Notes under the pieces: model-generated
The model's database searches: none
The model's input: the letters and a program-made list of their open reading frames with translations, nothing else
What the model was told of the DNA's origin: nothing
Origin: a virus
IMG/VR virus record: IMGVR_UViG_3300022927_001696
Span: 1 to 64,000 of that record
Length of the DNA stretch: 64,000 bases
Direction: 5' to 3' (one strand)
Program-made: the position numbers and the translations under genes
Part shown: positions 25,677 through 38,800 of the stretch, one piece after another
Layout of the letters: each line of letters starts with the position of its first letter
Numbering within the stretch: the first letter of the stretch is position 1

Positions 25677-28600
25677 ATGGCATATTCAGAAAGACAAAAT
25701 AATTTATTCGCGGCAGAAGATTGGAAAGTCGCATATAAAGCCTTCTCTAACATAGATTTTACATCTTATGATTTTGATACCATGAGATTGTCTATGGTAA
25801 ATTACATAAGACAAAATTTTCCAGAAAATTTCAACGACTACATTGAGAGCTCAGAGTTTATAGCAATTATAGAATTACTTGCATATCTATCTCAATCATT
25901 GGCCTTTAGAATGGATTTAAACAGCAGGGAAAACTTTTTAGAAACTGCTGAACGAAGAGACTCAGTATTTAAACTTGCCAGAATGCTTGGATACAATCCA
26001 AGAAGAAACGTACCAGCAAGTGGATTAATGAAAATTACAGGCTTACGAACAAACGAGCCTTTAACAGATAGTCTCAATAGGAACCTTGCAAACAAGACAG
26101 TCTTTTGGGACGATGTAAACAATCCTGAAAGTTACGAACAATTTATTACTATTTTAAATAGCACATTTAGTAATACAAATAGATTCTCATATCCTATTAA
26201 ATCAGGCAAAATTAGTAATATAAAAACTGAATTATATAGAATAACAAAACAAATTGGAACTACAAATGCTATTTCCATGCCACTAACTATAAACGGAGTA
26301 CAACGTAATTTCGAAGCAGTAGATGGTGATTTTAATGACGGTGAATTTTTCTTTGAAAGACATCCTGACCCTCTTAACGATATGGGTGTTTTTTATAGAA
26401 ACGACGGTAAAGGATTAAACAGTAGTAACACTGGTTTCTTTATGTTATTTAAACAAGGAAATTTGTCGTTCACAGATTTAAATTTTACAACTCCAATAGC
26501 AAACAGAGTAGCAGATATAAATCTAACTAACATAAATGAAACAGATTTATATGTACAAGAACTTACAGAAAACGGCGGCGTTTTAAATAAATGGACAAGG
26601 ATACCTAATACAGTAGGGCAAACTCTTAACTTTAACAGCCAAGCATTAGGTTCTAGAAATCTATTTGCAACAGAAAATTTAAATAATGACGGAGTAAGAA
26701 TAAAATTTCCAGACGGTAATTTTGGTAATATTCCGGTAGGTTCATTTAGAGTATGGCATAGAGCAAGTTCTGGTGATAGGTATTCTATTCAACCTGAGAA
26801 TGCAAGAAATATTCCCATAGAAATACCATATGAAAACAAAAACGGTGGAAAATATATTCTAACAGTAATACTGAGTTTACAGACATCTGTAAATAATAGT
26901 TTACCTACCGAAACTCTTGCAAGTATTAAATCTAAAGCACCACAAACATATTACACACAAAATAGAATGGTGTCAGCACAGGATTATAATATTTTCCCAT
27001 TTTCACAAAGCAGTAATATTAAAAAATTAAGAGCGGTTAATAAAACACATGCTGGGCATAGTAGATATATTGATATAAACGACCCAACAGGAACATTCCA
27101 AAATATAGAATTATTTGCTGATGACGGATACATATACAAACAAAAGAAAGATACATCATCTTCTGTAATTGTTAGTGCGAATAATACTGCTAATAATATT
27201 ATTAAAAACACGATTCCTGATCTGTTAAGACAACAAAATGTCAATAATTTTATATATGATGGTGCTAGACGTGCCTGGATAGATTATAAAAGTGTTTCTT
27301 TTAATTTAGAAACATTAGATATTAAATGGAAACCACTACCGGTATCATCAGAAAGCTCAACAGGTTATATGACGGAAACCACAAGTGTTTCGTCCTCTGG
27401 CAGTGAACAAGTTTTAACAAATGTATATGAAACATTTAAACAAATACAAGAAAATAATTTTATAAAATTTGTTAATCCAAATGACCCAGCAGATTACAAA
27501 TGGGTAAGAATCACTAAAGAAACCAATGCAGGTCTTTTAACAAGTGGATTAAGTACAAGTGTAGGTCCATGGACACTCAGTGAAGATGTTCCCTTAAATT
27601 GGACTGCACATGAAGTTATTGTTACATTAAGAAAAGAATTTGATAGTGCAGAAATATCTTCAATACAACAGCAGATAGAAGATAAGAAAACGTTTGGCAT
27701 AGGATACATGTTGACTAATAAATCTACATCTCTTTTAGCAGATAAATGGTATGTAATAGAAAATGAAAATTTAGATAAAACAAGTCCATACAACGTATCC
27801 AATGCAGGTAGCACAACGGGCTCACCAATAGATGCAAGTTGGGTAGTATTATTTAATTACGTTCCAATAGATGATAATTCATACAAGTATGATGTATCCA
27901 TACGAGGTGAACAATATATATTACAAAGTGCTAAAGATATAAAATTTTACAATATCAAAAATATAAAAGTTGTAGATTCTAATAATAAAGCAAACACAGA
28001 TAAAATTACAATCACAACATTTAACGATAAACCCGGCAGTAGTGAAGTATTTAGATGGTACGACAGTACAGGTAATGGAATAGGCGATACCTGGTACAGT
28101 GAAGAGACTGCTTCTACTACCACACCAAACGGATTTGAAATAAATCTTCCATTAAGAACAAGAAATCAAAAATGGTATGATGTTGAATTTAACTGGGTCA
28201 GTAACTTTGGTATTTTAAAATCAGAGGGAGAATCCAATGTTTCAGTAATTACTGCAGAAAATGAATTTGTTCATGAAGCAGTAGTTCCAATTAATACATA
28301 TTTTGATAACGGTGATGCGGCCGCACTTACACCAAATGTAACTATAGCAAATAATTTGGGTAGAGTAAATAGAGTACCTAGTAACGTAAATGTATCATTT
28401 AATAATGCAACATTCGGCTTTAATATTTTAGATGGGTCTGGAAATGTACATTACAAGCAATTAAATTCAGGCACAGGAGTCGTAGAATTTTATCAGGCAA
28501 ATAATAGTGGAGCCACAAAAAGTTTTGGTACAGACGGAGCAACTTATAATGCTAGTGCAGATGGGCATTTAATATTAACAAGCTCAAATACATCCACACA

Positions 28601-29876
28601 ATCAGGCACATTCCTATATGAAGATTTAGATAATAATAATCATCTTTTAGCACAAGATTCTACTGCTGTAACAAGTACAGATAAAATAAGATTGGATTAT
28701 GTGAATTATAAAGAAAGATTAGACACTAACATAGATTGGCATATAGTTGATACTGTTATAGAAGATGACGGGTATACCGATAGATCTAAAGTTGTAATTG
28801 CGCCTTTTGATACTGATAACGATTTGATCCCGGATAGACCGTTACAATTTTATGAATTTGTTGATACTGATGACTTAGTTTATTTAGAAAAGTATTTAGA
28901 CTTTGATGGATATAGTTATGATGTCCCATCTTCAGGAAAAATTTTAGATTACCGTAAAGAAACATCTGTTAATTTGGACATAGGTTCAGATACAATAAGT
29001 CCTACATCTTATAGTGACCCAGTTGATATAAGTGGTAATGATATAGCATGGATATCAGTTGTAAGTAAATCTATATTAGAGAATGATTTAGAAAATGACA
29101 GTGGTAAACTTTCCGGTACAAAGGTATATGTTGAATCAGAAGATAAGGTATATTTACTCACACCTAATAGTACGAATACATTACAGATTAGAGGTGTTGT
29201 AACAACAGATTGTTCTGTAAGAAACGGTAGAGGGGAAACACAAAATACACTTTTACCAGTTAAAAATGCAATGATATTTAAATGGAATCATGTTGCTGAT
29301 AAGAATGTAAGAATTGATCCCAGTATCAGCAATGTTGTAGAATTTTTAGTATTGACTGAAACATATAATGACCAAGTACAAAGATACCTAAATGTTCCTG
29401 GAACTGCCTTCCCATTACCTCCAACAAGTAATGATCTTGCATTAGAATTTGCAGATCTAAATCAATTTAAAACAGCAAGTGATATACTAGTATATAAAAG
29501 CGGTAAATTTAAACTTTTATTTGGCAACGATGCAAGTCCGGAATTGAGGGCAAAATTCAGAGTAGTAAAATTAAACGAAAGATTTAGTGATAACGAAATT
29601 AAAACAAGAATTATTAGAGCATTTAATAGATATTTTGACCCAACAAATTGGAACTTTGGGGAAACATTTTATTTTACAGAATTAAGTTCTTTTATACACA
29701 GTCAATTAGGCAATAGTATAGGTAGTATAGTGATTTTACCTAAAAACACAAATGGAAAATTTGGTGATCTATTTTCAGTAAAAGCAGAATCAGATGAAAT
29801 ATTCTTAAGTACTGCAAGTGTATCTGATATAGAGGTAGTTAGTAAAATTACAGAACAAACATTAAAAACTAGATAA
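25677..29876 (+). CDS. gp6: Baseplate wedge protein (gp6-like, enlarged)
   Basis: DFTSYDFD, FLETAERRDSVFKLARMLGYNP, FPDGNFG, QNRMVSAQDY, NFGETFYFTEL motifs. Confidence 0.88.
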   Translation: MAYSERQNNLFAAEDWKVAYKAFSNIDFTSYDFDTMRLSMVNYIRQNFPENFNDYIESSEFIAIIELLAYLSQSLAFRMDLNSRENFLETAERRDSVFKLARMLGYNPRRNVPASGLMKITGLRTNEPLTDSLNRNLANKTVFWDDVNNPESYEQFITILNSTFSNTNRFSYPIKSGKISNIKTELYRITKQIGTTNAISMPLTINGVQRNFEAVDGDFNDGEFFFERHPDPLNDMGVFYRNDGKGLNSSNTGFFMLFKQGNLSFTDLNFTTPIANRVADINLTNINETDLYVQELTENGGVLNKWTRIPNTVGQTLNFNSQALGSRNLFATENLNNDGVRIKFPDGNFGNIPVGSFRVWHRASSGDRYSIQPENARNIPIEIPYENKNGGKYILTVILSLQTSVNNSLPTETLASIKSKAPQTYYTQNRMVSAQDYNIFPFSQSSNIKKLRAVNKTHAGHSRYIDINDPTGTFQNIELFADDGYIYKQKKDTSSSVIVSANNTANNIIKNTIPDLLRQQNVNNFIYDGARRAWIDYKSVSFNLETLDIKWKPLPVSSESSTGYMTETTSVSSSGSEQVLTNVYETFKQIQENNFIKFVNPNDPADYKWVRITKETNAGLLTSGLSTSVGPWTLSEDVPLNWTAHEVIVTLRKEFDSAEISSIQQQIEDKKTFGIGYMLTNKSTSLLADKWYVIENENLDKTSPYNVSNAGSTTGSPIDASWVVLFNYVPIDDNSYKYDVSIRGEQYILQSAKDIKFYNIKNIKVVDSNNKANTDKITITTFNDKPGSSEVFRWYDSTGNGIGDTWYSEETASTTTPNGFEINLPLRTRNQKWYDVEFNWVSNFGILKSEGESNVSVITAENEFVHEAVVPINTYFDNGDAAALTPNVTIANNLGRVNRVPSNVNVSFNNATFGFNILDGSGNVHYKQLNSGTGVVEFYQANNSGATKSFGTDGATYNASADGHLILTSSNTSTQSGTFLYEDLDNNNHLLAQDSTAVTSTDKIRLDYVNYKERLDTNIDWHIVDTVIEDDGYTDRSKVVIAPFDTDNDLIPDRPLQFYEFVDTDDLVYLEKYLDFDGYSYDVPSSGKILDYRKETSVNLDIGSDTISPTSYSDPVDISGNDIAWISVVSKSILENDLENDSGKLSGTKVYVESEDKVYLLTPNSTNTLQIRGVVTTDCSVRNGRGETQNTLLPVKNAMIFKWNHVADKNVRIDPSISNVVEFLVLTETYNDQVQRYLNVPGTAFPLPPTSNDLALEFADLNQFKTASDILVYKSGKFKLLFGNDASPELRAKFRVVKLNERFSDNEIKTRIIRAFNRYFDPTNWNFGETFYFTELSSFIHSQLGNSIGSIVILPKNTNGKFGDLFSVKAESDEIFLSTASVSDIEVVSKITEQTLKTR

Positions 29877-32800
29877 TGGCAGATAAATTATATAAAAAGT
29901 TACCAGGCATATTGCAAACGGATGCTACAAAGAATTTCTTTGAAAGTACTGTTGAGCAACTCTTCAGTAAAGCAAATGTTGAAGTAATTAATGGTTATGT
30001 AGGGTTACAGAAGTCTGAAGACTTCGATGTAACATCTGAGTTTTTAAGAGAAAGCACAGCAACTAGACAGCATTATGCATTAAGTCCTGCTGTTAATACT
30101 TTAAATGCAAATACCAATGCCAGTGAAAATTTAATCTTTTATGATGAATTTTTAGATACTTTAAAAATTAGCGGAACTGGAACCAATAATCAAAATAGAT
30201 TATTCAGTACAGATTATTCTTCTTTCCTTCCCCCTATAGATATTGATAAATTTGTAAATTATCAAGAGTACTATTGGAGTTATGATCAACTACCAGCAAT
30301 AAGAATTTCTGGAACAGTAGATAATCCTATAGATATAGATGTTGATATTATTGGTAAGAAGTCATTCACATCAGCAAATGGAGTAACATTAAAATCAGGA
30401 ATGAGAATTATTTTTGATGGTGGATATGTTATACCAGACACCAAAACTACAGCAGAATATTTTGTTGAAGGTGTAGGTGAATCTATAAGACTTATAGATA
30501 CAAACGAAAATGTAGAAACACCTTTTAGTACAGCAACATTAACAGCCTGGGATAGTACAGCATTCACAAGCAATGACAGTAATGTGGCATACACAGCCGG
30601 TAACATATCCTCTGTAAGTGTTTTACATGGCGGCATTGGTTATATAAACCCTGTGGTAAATTTTATAGGTGCTAATACATCTGTTGCTTCTGCAACTGCA
30701 AATGTGGATAGCAATGGCACAATAACTGATGTTACTGTAACTAATACAGGTGCAAATTATAGTGCACCAATAAGCATACAAATATCCAGTGATTCCATTA
30801 CAACAAGTTTAAATTCAGGAAATACCTTTGTAACATTTTTAAATGAAAGTATTTCACAAATTGCACCTTACAAAACAATTTCTGTAGATAGCACAAACGA
30901 TGTTTTTGCTGGACAACAATTTAGCCTTAATGGCGAAACAAGAACTATAGAAACTGTTAATAATGCTAGTATTATTGCTATAGAAAACATAACAAATCAA
31001 TATGATTCCAGCAGAACTCCAGGTAGTTACATAGTAAATGGCACCGGCGGTTCAGGGTCTGGACAAGAATTTATTGTAGATGTTGTTGGGCCTAATGCAG
31101 ACGGTATTGTTGAAGTCGGAAATATCACATTAAGCAACACTTCCTTAACCGGTACTTATCCAATAGATTTTAGGTCTGCTAATAGTTTTATAGCAGGTAA
31201 TATAACAACATCAGGCACTGGAGCAAATGCATATTTGTCCGTAACTTTGGACGGCAGTGGCGGTGCAGATATTGAGATTGTTAAGGGCGGAGATGGTTTT
31301 GTAGAAAATGATACTATTACTATAAGTGATAATATTTTAGGTGGCGACGGTTCAGGTAATTTAGAGCTCGTTGTAACAGATGCCGTTACTGTAGGCGATA
31401 CATTTATTTCACTTAGCAAGAACGGAAGCGGTTTTATTGTTGGTGAAACAATAACTATATCAGACAGTGATTTAGGCGGCGGCGGCGCAAACAACATTAC
31501 TTTTGATATTGCAAGAATAGGTGATACTCTCACTATAGACGAAGAAATATATTTAGACGGCACAAGTAACGGGAATATACAATTCATTGCTAACGGATTC
31601 CAAGCAAGTATACAAACAAGTATGTTTACACTTACATCTGATGCAAATGGTTCTGTAATTACCGGTGTTTCCTCTATGGCACTTGCCGGAGTTAATCCAA
31701 CAACAGGAGAATTTTATCTTAGTGGTAGTCCAGATTTTGGAGAGAATTTCGGTTGGGACATAGATACAGATAGTAGCCTGCCTGGTGGCGACGCGGAAGG
31801 CGATATTCCATGGGGAGGTAGAACAACTCAAGATAATCCAGATTATAATGTAGTAGGAAGAGGGGCATCTAATAAAAATATCTGGAGTAGGGTAAACTTC
31901 TGGCATCATGCAGATAACTTTAAAGAAGCAGGAGTTGATTTACCTGGTGCAGAATATAGAGCTAAAAGACCAATTATAGAATTTGATTATTCACTGGAAA
32001 TGTTTAATACAGGAAACCTATCAGTTGGTGTCGTAAATATTGTAAGTAACGAATTTAATAAAGATGATATAGACGGAACCATATCATCCGATACTGTTGA
32101 TAATAGTCCATTAAGTATTGGTTCAACTATTATTTTCCCTAACGACGAAGACAACAAAAAGTACATATTTAAAATTGCCCATGTAGGCGGAAATATCAGT
32201 TTATCAAAAATAGGCGACCCTATAAGTAATCCTGCAGATACAGAAGAAGGAGATGTAGGATTTATTCCTTTTGAATTTAAAGAAGGAATGCAAGTCAGTA
32301 TAAAATCAGGCGCTTTGGGTAGAGGATTAGAATATCACTTTAAAGACAATAACTTAATTTTAGCACAGTCTAAATTAAAATTACATCAGGCGCCTTTATT
32401 TAATTTATATAATGATGAAGGAAAATATTTAGGTGACGAGCTTTTATTTAAAGACAATACCTTTATTGGCTCTAAGATTTTTAATTACAAAGTCGGCACA
32501 GGCACAGATGATAGTGTTTTAAATTTCCCATTGTCATATAAACCTTTTACGAACTCTGCAGAAATAGAATTTCAAAACTTTTTAGAAACAGATAGAACAA
32601 ATTATATTCCAGTAGGCTCAACATCAGAAACAGAAATTTTAGGTTACTATTATTTTAAATCTCAAAACGGGTACAGTAATAACTGGAAGATGTCTGATTC
32701 TAAATCTATGCAAGATATTAAAACTTTTTATCATATAAACACTTTTAATATAAAGGATAAAAATACAAAATATTATATAGGATGTGAACCTAATATAAAT

Positions 32801-35800
32801 TCTAATAAGTCTAGTGGGTATGACATAACCGTATTAAAAAATGGTAGTGAAATAAAAGATTACACTTACGTTGGAAAAGGATTTATAGAATTTAATACTT
32901 TCAATTTTATTGCAAAAGATATTATAGAAATAATTGCTAAATCAGATTCTGGATTATTAAATGAAAGATCTATAAGTAAGTATACCATACCTTTAAACTG
33001 GTCTAGAAATCCGGATAAAGAAAATATAACATTTATTTCAGAACCAGAGTATTTAGGTCATTTTACCAATTTAATCAAAGGGCAAGAAAATTTTACTGGT
33101 AAAGAATTAGAAGCAAATAATTTTAAAGATACAGCAAAAAATTCTAAATTTGCTACAGACATAGTAAATGTTGAAGAGGATTTAAGATTAGGAGCATTTT
33201 TATTAGATGATCAACCACATAACTTATTAGAAGCAATAAGATTTAGTGAAAGAGAATACACTAAGTACAAAAATAGATTAAGATCTGAAGTAACAAAATA
33301 TTATAATTCTTTTGATGTAAATGAATTTACAAATGAATATATACTTAATCAAGTTTTAAGAAATGTATTATCTCTTAATGTAGGTAATAATACTTTTCAA
33401 CAAACATACATAGTTCCCTTTGGAGATAATTATATAGAAGAATCATTTATAATAAATGATGTATCTCTTAGATCCTTCACAATGACTGCCTATGAGGATT
33501 TAAAAAAATTAGAAAACAGTTTATTGGTCTATAAGGCCAGAGGCAATACACATACTCTTTTAACAATAAATGAAGAATTCACTCTAGATTCTTATAACCC
33601 TATTAAAATTACATTAAACGCCAATTTAGATATTGAATTGGGTGATATTATATATTTAAAACTTTATAATAAAGATAGAGATAGTGCCCAATGCCCACCT
33701 ACACCAAGTGCAATGGGTCTTTATCCTCTTACATTACCAGTAATAGAAAAGGATTATTCTTTTAAAGAAGAAATTAGTGTGCTAGTAGGACACGATGGTT
33801 CAAGAAGCACTCTATTTGGTGATGCCAGAGACGATATAATTTTAGAATTTGAAAAGCGAATTTATAACTCGGCAATTGAAGAACTAATTGATGCAAACAG
33901 TTTACCCTCATTAAATATTTTTAATGTAAGAGCCGGAGCATTTAGAAAAACAAATTTCAGTAATAGTGAGTGGTTTGATTTGTTATCAAATAATTTTTCT
34001 AATTGGGTTAAAGATAACAACGTTGATCCGGTAATAAATGAAACATATAATTCATCTGATAGTTGGACATGGAATTTTAGGGGTTCTCAAGATATACCTG
34101 GATACTGGAAGGGCTGGTATGAATACTATTACGATACAGTAAGACCTCATACTCACCCTTGGGAAATGTTAGGTTTTACAGAAAAACCAAGTTGGTGGGA
34201 AGATGAATATGGTACAGATTATACTTCCACAAACACAGCATTGTGGGACGATTTAGAATTAGGTATTATTAGAAAAGGCCCTAGAGCAAACTTTGTAGAT
34301 AACTCTTATTTGGATTTACCAAACAACCCATGTGCTAGAATAGGATTACACGAAGTAATTCCTGTAGACGGTAATGGAAATCTAATATCACCTTATGATA
34401 TTATATCAACAGGTAGCACTACATTAAAAACTGTATGGACAAATGCATTTGTTTCAAATACATTCCCAGGAAATACCTTTATAAACAATGATGGTAGTTT
34501 AAACAATGGTGTATCTGTATCTACAGATGCATCAAACATTTACATTTCTAGTAATGCATTAGTAAACCATGATATTAATCTTACTACAAATAATGTAGGA
34601 CATAATGAATTAGAAGAACAAATTATTAGTTACAATGTTCCTTTTACATCGATATCAGGAATTAATTCAGTAACATCAAATCCAACAAGTATGCCAGAAT
34701 ATGCAATAGGGGTATTAGTAAACGGTCTCCCATTATACAATGTTGCATCAGAAAACAGTTTTGATAACGGTAACACTTGGCATTATAATAAATTATTATC
34801 TGAACACAGTGATTTAGAATTAGGCCATACTGATGAAAAAGGCCTTTTACATTATTATAAACCTAGTCCACAAATTCTAGGACTAGATGAATGGAGTACT
34901 GACGAGCATTCCCCTATAGTAGGCTGGAGTTTTGATGGTATTCCAATTTATGGACCTTATGGGTATACAGAATATGAAGCAAATGGCGACATAAAAGATA
35001 ATACAATAACAAATATAAAGAGTTGCTTTAGATTGAGACTTGGAGACAGGATTTCAACTCCAAAAGGTTCTTATTCAGGTTACTTTGTAGAAGATTACGA
35101 ATATGACAGTTCAAAAGAAGGTATACCAGGACATACCGGTAGCACAAGTTCAGGTTCATATGGAAAATACAATTTAAGATATGGTATTACGCCTGACTCC
35201 AATGGAACGCCTATACAGTTTTATGTTGCTACACAAGATGATAACGGTGAACCGATGTTCCCTTATGCTATAGGTGGCGGAACAAAAACACATTCAGGTG
35301 GAAACTTAGTATATGCTAATAAGTATTATGGAACACCTCAAGATATTGCTAATAATACATTATCAAAAGGTTACGAAAATACAAGTGCTTCTGAAATTGT
35401 AAGAACAATAAAGACTATAGATAAATCAAGTACAGACAAAATCAATGATTCATGGATGCTTGGTGACGGTGCTCCAGTAGAAAATGCATGGAAGTATAGT
35501 TCATCTTATCCATTCGCTATTACTACAGCATTATTACTTGCAAAACCAGGTAGATTTGCAACAGTATTTGCTGATCCTATTAATGTAGTAAGCACAAATA
35601 TAGAAAAGAAAAGATTAATACATAAAAATACCAGAAGATCTTGGAATTTTAAAGATTCAACTGATTTTATAATACACGGTAGTAGAGATACTAACGGTAA
35701 TTTCGTTTCAAATGTTGGTTATACACAATTTATAAAATCATATTTAAATTATCAAGGATTAGAAATACAAGATAATTTTATTACACCATTAAAAACTTTA

Positions 35801-38800
35801 AATATTAAATTAGCTCACAGAATGAGTGGATTTATTGATAAAGATACATCAACTATAAGAACTGATCAATATAGTATAACTGGTTCGGCAAGAACATTGA
35901 TAATACCTTCAGAAAACATATCAATAAATGTTCACGACTCAGCATACAAATCAAGAAATTCCTATACAGGTGTAATTATAGAAAAAACAACTAATGGATA
36001 TAAGGTACGTGGATACGATAGAAGTTTTAGTTACTTTACAATATTAGAAAGTGATAAAAATGGTAGAAAACAAAGTATAGAAAGAGGCGGAAAGCCGGCT
36101 GACTATGTAAATTGGTCAACTAATCAGTCATTTAATATTAATACCATTGTAAAATATTTAAATTCTTATTATATTGCTAAAGAAAAGATACCAGCAAGTT
36201 CAAGTTTTGATAAATCACTGTGGTCAAGGCTACCTTCACTACCACAAATCGGAGGTGCTAAAGGTGTCTATTACAATGATACAACAGGATTTACAAGACG
36301 TGTAAATTATGATACAGAATACACAAAAGTTGAAGATTTATTTGATTTTCTTGTAAGTTTAGGAAGATATCAAAAATCTTTAGGTTATTCTTTTGGAGAA
36401 TATGATACAACTATTAATGATGTGAGAGATTGGGCATATGCGGCGGAACAATTCTTGTTTTGGACAACAGGCGGCTGGGAAATAGGTAATACTTTAGAAT
36501 TATCTCCTATGGCATCCAATGTGATATTTGAAAACAGTAATGAATTTGTCGCAAAAATTAATAAAACTGATAAAAACCAGTTTACTTTGTTAGATCAAGA
36601 CGGAATATCTATATCTCCAGAAGAATGTAGTATTTTAAGAGAAAATAATAGAATAGAAATTACTCCACCACAGGGTAGACAAATTTATAGTGCTGTATTA
36701 TTCACAAAACAAATAGAACATGCTCTTATTCTTGATAATTTAACAGATTTCAATGATACCATTTACAATCCTTTACTAAACCAACGACAGGATAGGATTT
36801 TTATTAAAGGTAAAAGAACATTAGGTTGGACAGGTCGTTTCAGTAGTGAAGGATACATTATAGACAATGATGAATTACAACCTAATTTAGATAATGCTAC
36901 AAGCACAATGGGAGACTACCATACATTAGGGTTTATACCTGTAGACAAAGACGTTTATGTGGCATCCAGAAGCCTTTTTGGATTTGAAGAAAGATCTTAC
37001 CTAACAGATTTAGATATTTTAGATGACGATCAATTTGAATTCTATAAAGGTATGCTACAAAGCAAAGGAACAGAACAAAGTTTATCACAAATAGGAAGAA
37101 GTAGCTCTATTGTACAAGGTAATATTACAGTTTACAGCGAATGGGCCTTAAAAACAGGTGAATTTGGTGATACAGATAACGAACAAAGTTTAGAATTAAA
37201 AATAGACAAGCACGAAATAGTTCAAGACCCACAATTATTTAAATTAGAATTTCCTGAAGACGTTACCGGTATAATTAAAGATATTGTAATCACAGAAAAC
37301 AAACACAAGTATTTTACAGTACCTTCTTTGGAAATATCTGCTCCAACTAAAGAACCCAAAGAACAGGCAACTGGATTAGTTACTTTAGATAGTGACGGAC
37401 TTATATCAAGTGCAACAATCACAAATCAAGGTAGTGGATACGAATCTCAAAACGCAGTTGCAAAAGTCTTAGCAGGAAATATTAATATATCAGATACTTC
37501 TACTACATTTAATGTTGTAATTGCACAAAGTTCTGCATTATTTGGTAATGCTAACGTAGTAGGCATATCAGATATAGAAATTACAGACCATTTTGGTAAT
37601 GGATTAGCAACAAACATAGATTTAAGTTCAGCAAACACAGTGATAGACGTTGTATCAGCAATTAATTCTAATAGCATAACAAATGCTAATGTTGTAGCAA
37701 GTTCAGTGGAATCATTTGATGCAAACAGCAATACAAACTTTTATGTATTACAGATAACTGGTAATGATTTTACATTAGGCGGTTCAGGGTTAGCAAATCT
37801 TAATATTTCTGCAGATAGATATCAACCTAAACAAAGATATGCTATAGATATCGCTGGAAATACTTCAGCAGGAACAGGAGCAACAGTTAAATCAGATATA
37901 TTGGTATATGTTGATAACACTTTGGTTAGCGATACAAATTACGACTATGATGCAGGTGATAGATGGCAATTCACAACATCATCTATAATTACATCTGGAA
38001 ATTATGTACAAAATATATTAAATCCAGGTTCTGAAAATAGTAGTTCTGCATTTGCATCTGAAAATATTGTACAAGTAGATGGAAAATATCCTTTTGTAGA
38101 TGTTTATGTAAATGGCACCAAATTAATTAATGATACAAATCAAACACAATACACAGTTGCCAATACTACAGCAATCACTTTCCCTGATGTTACAAATTTA
38201 CCAGGTGGAAAACTTGATACAAACGCAAATGTTTATATTGTGGAACGTGCAACTATAGATTTTGTTGATGCTTATCAGGGAGACATACCAGGAAAAACTT
38301 TACAAATAAAAGTACAAACAAATGATGGTATTGCCTTTACATATGGTGAGAAAAAATTATATACTATAACACCAGATATAGAAAACGACGAAATTATTAC
38401 TATAGATATAGACGATAACGAAAGATTCCTTAAGAAACCAACAGGTGCTAGAAACAATAAATTATGGCCTACTACAGATAAAGTAAATTATTCAGGTGTA
38501 ACAGATTCTGATTATAGAACTTTACCAAATGCAGGTTACGTTTTAAGGAATAATGTAGATTATCAGGCATATGGTGTTACAGATATAGCAGATCTTTTTG
38601 ATGTAGATAGATTATATAAACCAAGTAAAGACAATTTAATACATGTGGCATCAAGTGAGAACAAAGACTGGAACGTTTATAAATTAAGACAGCCAGCCAA
38701 TAGCCAAATATCTTTTGTAGAACAAGAGTCCATAGATGATACAGCATATCTATATTCTACATCTAATTTATTTGATTATATAGACAGTAATCAATTGCAA

